Part shown: piece after piece, positions 1 through 7,328 of the stretch
Position numbering within the stretch: position 1 is the stretch's first letter
How the letters are laid out: each line of letters begins with the position of its first letter
DNA from: Chitinophagaceae bacterium
GTDB taxonomy: Bacteria > Bacteroidota > Bacteroidia > Chitinophagales > Chitinophagaceae
Length of the DNA stretch: 64,000 nt
Assembly (NCBI GenBank): GCA_024643655.1
Contig: JAHEMM010000004.1
Coordinates: forward strand, 20,095 to 84,094
Direction: 5' to 3'
Notes under the pieces: model-generated
Databases searched by the model: none
Told to the model about the DNA's origin: nothing
The model's input: the letters and a program-made list of their open reading frames with translations, nothing else
Program-made: the position numbers and the translations under genes

Positions 1-674
1 TATCTAATAAAAAAGAAGATCCATATGATACTTTTTTGCGGATGGATGAATTTCATCAACAGTTCAATTTACAGCCGATCTACTTTTTTTTGCTTGCAGC
101 AACTACGGGTAAGTATGATAAAAATATTTCGCCGAAAAAGAAGAATTTACAATCAATACTGCAGCACCACAGCAAAAATTATTCAATCGGCATTCACCCA
201 TCCTGGCAAAGTGGTGATTATTCTTCATTATTGAAAAAAGAAATTGAAACACTTGAAACGTTTACAAATAAAGCGGTTACCATTTCTCGTCAGCATTATA
301 TTCGATTTACTTTGCCTGTTACTTTTAGGTTATTGATTGAGGCAGGAATAAAAGAAGATTATTCAATGGGGTATGGAAGTATTAATGGTTTCAGAGCATC
401 AGTTGCTTCATCTTTTTATTGGTACGATCTGGAGAAAGATGAGTCAACAAATTTACTATTGCATCCTTTCTGCTATATGGAGGCTAATTCTTTTTATGAA
501 CAAAAAATGTCTGCTACCGAAGCATTGGAAGAAATGTTACACTATTTGAATGAAGTGAAAAAGGTAAATGGAATTTTAATTACGTTATGGCATAATACTT
601 TTTTGGGTACAGATCCAATGTTCAAAGGCTGGAAGGAAGCATACCAGCAATTCATTAAAGAGGCCATTCGTTAA
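1..674 (+). CDS. polysaccharide deacetylase-like protein, 5' end outside window
   Basis: The reading frame stays open from position 3 to the TAA at 672-674, with no stop upstream of the track's TTG at 36, so the gene enters from the left edge. Motifs SRQHYIRF, DYSMGY, GFRAS and WHN resemble Bacteroidota polysaccharide-deacetylase-like proteins. This is from memory, not a search. Confidence 0.55.
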   Translation, partial: SNKKEDPYDTFLRMDEFHQQFNLQPIYFFLLAATTGKYDKNISPKKKNLQSILQHHSKNYSIGIHPSWQSGDYSSLLKKEIETLETFTNKAVTISRQHYIRFTLPVTFRLLIEAGIKEDYSMGYGSINGFRASVASSFYWYDLEKDESTNLLLHPFCYMEANSFYEQKMSATEALEEMLHYLNEVKKVNGILITLWHNTFLGTDPMFKGWKEAYQQFIKEAIR

Positions 675-1678
675 ACACCTTCAGGTTCTGCATGTTCCGG
701 CGGCGGTGTAATCTTGAAAGCTTTATTTACTAGGTAAACACCGATTAATGTTACCACTCCTCCTACAGTTATAAATACACTTATTTTTTCACTGAATATT
801 AACCAGCCGCATAGTACTGCAACAATTGGATTAATATACGCATAGATAGAAGTCTGTTCTGTTGGTAAATTTTGTAAAGCATATAAGTATGCAATAAAAG
901 CCAACACAGATCCAAATATGATAAGATATGCTATTGCTGCCCATGATTGCCATGGAATACTTGTAATTGGTATAGAATTTCCTGTTGCACTGGTAAAAGT
1001 AGTTAAGGCTATACCGGCAATAAGCATTTGTAATCCTAAACTAAAGTAAGGGTTATATTGAGCCGCTTTTCTTTTAGTGTACAATGTTGCAAAAGCCCAG
1101 GTCCAGGTAGCTGTTAAGGATAATAAAATTCCAAATCGGAAATCTGCAATAAAAAAATCCTGCAAGTGTTCATAAAAAATAATACATACACCCCCGAATC
1201 CCAAAATCATTCCAATCAAAGCTTTTCGTGGAAGCTTATCTTTCGAAATAAACAATCCAATTACTACCAGCCACAAGGGAAAGATGGCACCCATAATAGA
1301 TCCTAATCCCGCAGAAATATATTTAACTCCCCAGGTGCTTAGGCCATTACTCATGATAAAGTTTAGAAAACTTAGCACAAAAATGTGATTCCATTCTTTT
1401 CCTTTGGGTAAAGGTGTTTTTCGAATTAGAAAAAACCCAACATATAGAACACCGGCAATCATTTGACGAATAGCGGCTAATTGCAGAGCAGGCATGTGGC
1501 TTACCCCTTCTTTCGATGCAATCCAGGTAGTTCCCCAAAGTATACAAACAAGTGCCAGAGCAAATAACGCTTTAGCCCTTGTACCTTTTTTATGTATGGT
1601 AAATGGATTAAGCTTGCGTAATTGCTTAATGTTTGCAGTTGTTTCAGCTAAGGTTTTATATATATCGTAACGGGGCAA
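671..1678 (-). CDS. EamA/DMT family transporter
   Basis: 335 aa with about 10 hydrophobic helices in two similar halves, typical of EamA repeats. Its stop overlaps the previous gene's stop in a TTAA. Confidence 0.8.
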   Translation of the reverse strand: MPRYDIYKTLAETTANIKQLRKLNPFTIHKKGTRAKALFALALVCILWGTTWIASKEGVSHMPALQLAAIRQMIAGVLYVGFFLIRKTPLPKGKEWNHIFVLSFLNFIMSNGLSTWGVKYISAGLGSIMGAIFPLWLVVIGLFISKDKLPRKALIGMILGFGGVCIIFYEHLQDFFIADFRFGILLSLTATWTWAFATLYTKRKAAQYNPYFSLGLQMLIAGIALTTFTSATGNSIPITSIPWQSWAAIAYLIIFGSVLAFIAYLYALQNLPTEQTSIYAYINPIVAVLCGWLIFSEKISVFITVGGVVTLIGVYLVNKAFKITPPPEHAEPEGV

Positions 1679-1685
1679 TGAATCA

Positions 1686-3197
1686 TTAATGTTTAAAATG
1701 TCTTTTACCAGTAACCACCATTACCAGTTTATGTTCTACACAATATTCAATTGAATCATTATCACGGATAGAGCCACCCGGTTGTATGAAAGCAGTAATA
1801 CCTGCTTCATGCCCCAGCTTCACACAATCATTAAAAGGGAAGAAAGCATCACTAGCCATTACAGCGCCATTCATATCAAAGCTGAATTGCTTTGCTTTTT
1901 CAACAGCCTGACGTAATGCATCAATACGACTTGTTTGCCCGCAGCCCTTACCAATCAATTGTTTATTTTTTATCAACGCAATTGCATTCGATTTTAAATG
2001 TTTACAAACAAGATTAGCAAAAGTTAAGTCAGCCTTTTCAGTTTCACTACTTTCTCTGCCGCCTGCTTCCTCCCATTTGTCAAAATTTCCTTCATCAGTT
2101 CCTTGTATTAATACACCATTCAGCAAAGAACGAAACATTTGTGATGAAGACTTTGTTGTTTGTACTTTTTGCTTTAATAGTATCCTGTTTTTTTTGGATT
2201 TTAAAATCTCCAACGCATCTTCATCATAAGAAGGAGCAATTAAAACTTCAAAGAAAATCTCATTAATAGCTTCAGCAGTTGCTTTGTCAATGGTTCCGTT
2301 GCAGATCAATACGCCACCAAAAGCACTTTCAGGATCACCTGCCAATGCTGCATCCCAACTTTCTTTTATTGTAGCTCGTTGTGCAATGCCGCAGACATTG
2401 GTATGCTTGAAAATAGCAAAAGTCGTTTCTTCAAATTCGTTGATCATCTGCACCGCAGCATCCACATCCACCAGGTTGTTGTATGAAAGTTCTTTTCCAT
2501 TTAACTGATCAAATAATTTATTCAGATTACCATAAAAAGCCCCTGATTGATGTGGGTTTTCACCATACCGCATTGTTTTTTCCGGGGCATTAAATGGAGT
2601 AGCAATTGTAAGCTGATGAAAATAATTAGAGATGGCATTATCATAAGCTGTACACACGTCAAATGCTTTGATGGCAAACTGGCGGCGTTGGTCTAAAGTT
2701 GTTTCGCCTTGTTGTGTACTTAGAATGGAAACCAGTTCAGCATAATCAGCTTTGCTGGCTACCACCATCACATCTTTATGATTTTTAGCAGCAGCTCTTA
2801 ACATAGAAGGCCCGCCGATATCTATTTTTTCAATGATGGCTTTTTCATCCGTAGTAGAAGCTACCGTTTCTTCAAACGGGTATAGGTCCACAATTACCAG
2901 GTCTATTTCCGGAATATTATATTCCTTCATTTCTTTTACATGTGTTTCATCTTCTCTTTTGCCCAATATGCCACCAAACACAGAAGGATGCAACGTTTTT
3001 ACTCTGCCTCCTAATATGGAAGGATATGTTGTAAGGTCTTCAACAGGGGTCACTTTTACACCCAGTTTTTCAATAAAACTCTGTGTGCCGCCAGTAGAGT
3101 AAATGATAGTACCTTGTTTATTTAATAGGTTGACTATGTCTTCAAGTCCGTCCTTGTAAAAAACTGAAATCAATGCAGATTTAATTTTCTTATTCAT
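1686..3197 (-). CDS. purH: bifunctional AICAR formyltransferase / IMP cyclohydrolase
   Basis: 503 aa. N-terminal IMPCH/MGS-like part (ALISVFYKDGL, STGGT) and C-terminal AICARFT part (YGENPHQ, KHTNVCG, QPGGSIRD). Confidence 0.95.
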   Translation of the reverse strand: MNKKIKSALISVFYKDGLEDIVNLLNKQGTIIYSTGGTQSFIEKLGVKVTPVEDLTTYPSILGGRVKTLHPSVFGGILGKREDETHVKEMKEYNIPEIDLVIVDLYPFEETVASTTDEKAIIEKIDIGGPSMLRAAAKNHKDVMVVASKADYAELVSILSTQQGETTLDQRRQFAIKAFDVCTAYDNAISNYFHQLTIATPFNAPEKTMRYGENPHQSGAFYGNLNKLFDQLNGKELSYNNLVDVDAAVQMINEFEETTFAIFKHTNVCGIAQRATIKESWDAALAGDPESAFGGVLICNGTIDKATAEAINEIFFEVLIAPSYDEDALEILKSKKNRILLKQKVQTTKSSSQMFRSLLNGVLIQGTDEGNFDKWEEAGGRESSETEKADLTFANLVCKHLKSNAIALIKNKQLIGKGCGQTSRIDALRQAVEKAKQFSFDMNGAVMASDAFFPFNDCVKLGHEAGITAFIQPGGSIRDNDSIEYCVEHKLVMVVTGKRHFKH

Positions 3198-3237
3198 AAG
3201 TTAGTTGAGTTAAATGGCAGGGAATCGTAAAGAGGGG

Positions 3238-3245
3238 CAAAACTA
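3238..3245 (-). promoter_or_regulatory. candidate Bacteroidota -7 promoter element (TAGTTTTG on minus strand) for purH
   Basis: Plus-strand caaaacta is TAnnTTTG on the minus strand, 40 nt upstream of the purH ATG inside the 50-nt gap after comEC. Such 8-mers occur by chance in AT-rich DNA. Confidence 0.3.
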
Positions 3246-3247
3246 AC

Positions 3248-5338
3248 TTAATTCAGCTTTAATACAAAAGCTCCATTTGAACTAACATCATACCACGGGA
3301 TTTTCAAAGAATCACAATCCTTCTTCCAATATTGTGTTTTCCATACAGGCACAGAGCCGTCAAACACAACCTGTTTAATGTTTAAAGAACTTGCAAGTCT
3401 TTTCATATATAGTTTTGGATTTTTAGAAATTACCAACAAGTCAATAGTTGCTTTTGATTCAATTGTTAAATAATTAACTGTTTCATCGATTAACAAAATC
3501 TTTCTTCCTTTAAAATCAATATAGTTTCCATCAGCTTTTAATTCGTTTAGATTTTCCAAATCATTAATCCTGTATAATATTCTGGATGGTTTTAAATGGA
3601 AATTGCGGGCAAAATCATCTGCCAGTAAATCACTATCGCCTACAAAGCGATAATTTCTTCCATCAATAAAATCTATAGCTGTTTTTTGCGGCACATTGTA
3701 CACAATTATTTTCTGTTGATTATTACTATTGATAAATGCAACAGAACGTAATGTTACAAAACCAAGTAAAGAAATTAACCCAAGTTTTAAACTTGTAGAC
3801 TTTTTCTCCAATAACCAATGCGTAATTCCAATGGCAAAAGCTAACAAGAAAAGCGTTTGCAATATATTTATTTGTAATCCATCCCAAAGTGAGAATCTGA
3901 TTGATTCGATCTTTTCTATATATGTATTCATTACCCAAATTAACCAGGTAAGTAGCTTGCCGAATAATAATGCTGCCGAAGGTATTATGGAAAGAATACA
4001 AAGAAATATCATACCCAACAAAATAGCACTTGATAAAGGCACAGCCAGAAAATTAGTAAGCAGGAATAAATTGGGAAATTGATGAAAATGAAAAATACTT
4101 AAGGGCACAGTTAATACCTGTGCGGCAATTGTAACAGCATTTAGTTTCCATATAAAATCCAATGGTTTGTTTTTAATATAAAACCAATTATAAACAGGCC
4201 GCATAAAAATAATAATGCTTAATACGGCAGCATATGACAATTGAAAGCCAACATCCCAAAGAAAATAAGGATTAATACATAATAGTATAAATGCTGAAAC
4301 TGCCATGGTATTAAAGATGGACGGTTTTCTTGCTAATGAATCACCCACAACAATACAAGTAAACATTAATGCCGAACGAAGTATAGAAGGTTGTGCACCT
4401 GCCAGCAAACTAAATAACCATAAACCTGTAATAATTAAAACTGGCCTTAACCACCGAATCTTTTTTCTTTTCTGTAATGGCTTTAAAGCCATAGAGAGCA
4501 ACCAATAGATCAAACCAAGATGTAAACCTGAAATGGCGATGATATGAACAACACCTGTATTAGTATACGATTGCACCAGTGATTGTTCCAGATCATCTTT
4601 ATAACCTATTAGTAATGCTTCTGCTAATCCGAGTTCTTTTTTGCTTTGAATATTGGTGCGGAGTATATTCAGCACTTTCTCTCTGATGGAATAAATAAAA
4701 TTGCTAAATGGACTAATCTTTTCTTTATTTAGCATTTCAAATTCTTCGGATTTTAAATAAACCTGATGTGTAATTCCTTGAAAAAGGCAATATCGTTTGT
4801 AATCAAATCCTCCTGGATTACCAGAGTTTTTTATTTCCTGTAGCGATTTTTTAAAAACTAATTGAGAGCCATATTGTAAGTTTAGAGAAGTGTCTTTTTT
4901 AAAATAAATAATGATCTTTCCCTTTACTGGCAATAATGAGTCATTTTGTATTAAGTATTGAATGGTTGCATTTGCTTTTATGGATTTTGTTTTTTCAACC
5001 GGCGGCTCATCTAGTGTAACTACTAAGCCATTTTTGTCTTTATAAAAATTACCCAGCCATTGCTTGTTATTCCGGATATCTTTTTGCCAGGCAAGCATTG
5101 CGCCGAAAGCAAAGAAGAGTAAGTTGATTAAAATGCCATTTGCAAATACCAGTTTAAATCTGCTAAAGAGTGGTATAAAGAAAAAACTGACTAGTACAAC
5201 TGCTGAAGTAATTGATAAAAGATATAGTGAGTAAATATCAAGTTGCATCTTCCACTGTACCAAAATACCGACGATCATGGAAAGCAGTATTTTCAAGAAA
5301 GGAGTCTTCTTCCAGAAGTTAGAGCCATACTTTACCAT
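3248..5338 (-). CDS. comEC: ComEC/Rec2 family competence protein
   Basis: 696 aa polytopic membrane protein with the competence-domain motif VVHIIAISGLHLGLIYW and an N-terminal DUF4131-like region. The C-terminal soluble domain lacks HxHxDH. Confidence 0.85.
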   Translation of the reverse strand: MVKYGSNFWKKTPFLKILLSMIVGILVQWKMQLDIYSLYLLSITSAVVLVSFFFIPLFSRFKLVFANGILINLLFFAFGAMLAWQKDIRNNKQWLGNFYKDKNGLVVTLDEPPVEKTKSIKANATIQYLIQNDSLLPVKGKIIIYFKKDTSLNLQYGSQLVFKKSLQEIKNSGNPGGFDYKRYCLFQGITHQVYLKSEEFEMLNKEKISPFSNFIYSIREKVLNILRTNIQSKKELGLAEALLIGYKDDLEQSLVQSYTNTGVVHIIAISGLHLGLIYWLLSMALKPLQKRKKIRWLRPVLIITGLWLFSLLAGAQPSILRSALMFTCIVVGDSLARKPSIFNTMAVSAFILLCINPYFLWDVGFQLSYAAVLSIIIFMRPVYNWFYIKNKPLDFIWKLNAVTIAAQVLTVPLSIFHFHQFPNLFLLTNFLAVPLSSAILLGMIFLCILSIIPSAALLFGKLLTWLIWVMNTYIEKIESIRFSLWDGLQINILQTLFLLAFAIGITHWLLEKKSTSLKLGLISLLGFVTLRSVAFINSNNQQKIIVYNVPQKTAIDFIDGRNYRFVGDSDLLADDFARNFHLKPSRILYRINDLENLNELKADGNYIDFKGRKILLIDETVNYLTIESKATIDLLVISKNPKLYMKRLASSLNIKQVVFDGSVPVWKTQYWKKDCDSLKIPWYDVSSNGAFVLKLN

Positions 5339-5370
5339 ACGGGAAAGTATAAAGCTTTATAGTTAAAAGC

Positions 5371-5390
5371 AATACCAGTTTTTTGGTATT
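5371..5390 (-). terminator. weak hairpin downstream of the 5432..6970 CDS
   Basis: aatacca / tggtatt form a 7-bp AT-rich stem with a 6-nt loop. On the minus strand a short U-rich run follows after 2 nt. Confidence 0.3.
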
Positions 5391-5431
5391 TTGAATTGAA
5401 ATTTTACCAATATTAGCAAAATAAGATGCTG

Positions 5432-6970
5432 TTACGATGCTTCAGATTTCACTTTCTCTGTTACAAATTTTTGATAGGAGATATTTTGAACTTTACTTTT
5501 TAGCCAGTTTGGATAGTTGAAAATGCTTACATTTATTTGCTGCACAGGGTCATTGATATTTTCTTCAAAAATAGCCAAGGCTTTTTCGTACTCCTTAATT
5601 TTAAGTTTTTTTTCTGTCAAATAAAAACTTCTGTGGAGGCATTGTACTAATGCTGATTCAAAGAGATGCTTTTTTTTCCTTTTATTGAAATAAGTGTATG
5701 TCGCTCTATATTCAGTTTCGAATAAACGGACATTATCCATGCTATAAGTAATAAGTAGTAATAGAATATGTGCAAAAGCATTATGTTCTTCTCTGGTACC
5801 GTCTTGAAAATATGTGTTTCCTCTCTTTACAAAATACAATGCATCGTCAAATTGTTCTAATACAAAAGAGGCTATGCCTAGTGAGAAATTGATAGTTCGA
5901 TTTAAATCAGCATTTAATAACGGTTCCCATTGTCGATATTTTGTTTTCATAAATTCTACCAGTTCTTTCACGTCATCATACTGAGCTCTTTTATTATAAA
6001 TTTTATTCAGGGCCAGGTATTTAATAGCTTCAAAATTGGCTTTTTGAGTAGCGTCTTCAATTAAATTATTTGCAGGGTCGTTGAAACAATTAATTACAAA
6101 ATCAAAAGAACCTTGAAGCACACCAGTATAATTTATCATGTACAGTAACTCAATATAAAATTCTCCATCTTTAATTATATACTGCGTATTTTTTTTCCAT
6201 TCACCAAGTGACTCTGTTAGTATTTTTAGTGAGTTTTCGCTATCATTTTGCAGGTATTGGATAGTAGCTTTGCTGAGGAGATAATAATGGCGAAGCCAGA
6301 AGGAATTCGATTGCTTTTTAATATCCAGATCATTGATTTTTTGTTGCAAATAGGCAAGTCTGTTTAATAAGTCGTCACCAATATCGAAATGGGCTTTTCT
6401 TTTCAAAAGTAACAGCTCAGTATATATATCCCGAAGGGTAATCAATTCAGAATACTCATTGTAAGTAATGGTGCGACCTTTGAAAATGGAATAAAGTTCT
6501 TCGTATTGCGTTTCTGAGCTTCCGGATAGAATCATTTTTTCAAATTCTGTAACAAGCATAGTTAGGATTGGAAAAAGTTCTGCAGCTCTTGCTTTTTTCA
6601 CTGCTTTTTTCCATATCGAGTTAGCTGCATCAATCAACCCTTTTTTTCTTAAAATCCGAATGAGCAATATCTGGTTATACAATTCATGACTAACAGAATC
6701 TTTACTATCATATTCCGCAATAGCATTACATATCTGATTTTGTAAGTAGTTTTTTTGAAAAGCGATATTTTTTTTATTGATTGACGGGCTGAATTTTTTT
6801 AAGATTTCAGCTTCATCATATTTTTTTTGTGCGGCAATAGCATCAAAGAGTTTCAGGTATAATTTTTCTCCATTGTCTTGGTTTGGAATAAAATTTCTTT
6901 TGAAATATGATTTCTCACTACTTTTTAAAGAGTTGATTAATTTCCAGATAAAATCTGATGAAGTTCTCAA
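5432..6970 (-). CDS. conserved hypothetical protein, predicted all-alpha / TPR-like
   Basis: 512-aa uninterrupted ORF rich in helix-forming residues. No catalytic motif recognised, and no signal peptide or TM segment. Confidence 0.7.
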   Translation of the reverse strand: MRTSSDFIWKLINSLKSSEKSYFKRNFIPNQDNGEKLYLKLFDAIAAQKKYDEAEILKKFSPSINKKNIAFQKNYLQNQICNAIAEYDSKDSVSHELYNQILLIRILRKKGLIDAANSIWKKAVKKARAAELFPILTMLVTEFEKMILSGSSETQYEELYSIFKGRTITYNEYSELITLRDIYTELLLLKRKAHFDIGDDLLNRLAYLQQKINDLDIKKQSNSFWLRHYYLLSKATIQYLQNDSENSLKILTESLGEWKKNTQYIIKDGEFYIELLYMINYTGVLQGSFDFVINCFNDPANNLIEDATQKANFEAIKYLALNKIYNKRAQYDDVKELVEFMKTKYRQWEPLLNADLNRTINFSLGIASFVLEQFDDALYFVKRGNTYFQDGTREEHNAFAHILLLLITYSMDNVRLFETEYRATYTYFNKRKKKHLFESALVQCLHRSFYLTEKKLKIKEYEKALAIFEENINDPVQQINVSIFNYPNWLKSKVQNISYQKFVTEKVKSEAS

Positions 6971-7260
6971 AATAGTGCTTTAAGTTAGGTTGAAATGAAA
7001 TTAAAAATACAAAATTCTGGGATAGATAATACAAATCAATGGGTTAATATTTATTATTATAAAATATTAATAATCAATTAAATATAAAATGTGTATACTA
7101 AATTTAATTAAAAGATGCTTATAATAATTAAGCAAAACAAAAATTGAATAGGAGTAGCCGGTATGTACTTTTGTTTTAGAAAGAAGCGACTAGAATAATA
7201 GCATTTCAAGCCAAAATTAATTAGGGGTTCTTTCAATTCCCATTAACCATTAAGCCTTAA

Positions 7261-7304
7261 ACCCGCCACTCCAATCTGAAAAGATAAGAGTGACGGGTTT
7301 TTGA
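7261..7304. terminator. hairpin 3' of carB, possibly a bidirectional terminator
   Basis: acccgccactc (7261-7271) pairs with gagtgacgggt (7288-7298): 11 bp with one mismatch. A T-run follows on the plus strand, and ttt then aagg follows on the minus strand. It lies 30-70 nt after the carB stop. Confidence 0.4.
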
Positions 7305-7328
7305 TTTGTCTGATAATCTGTAAAATGA

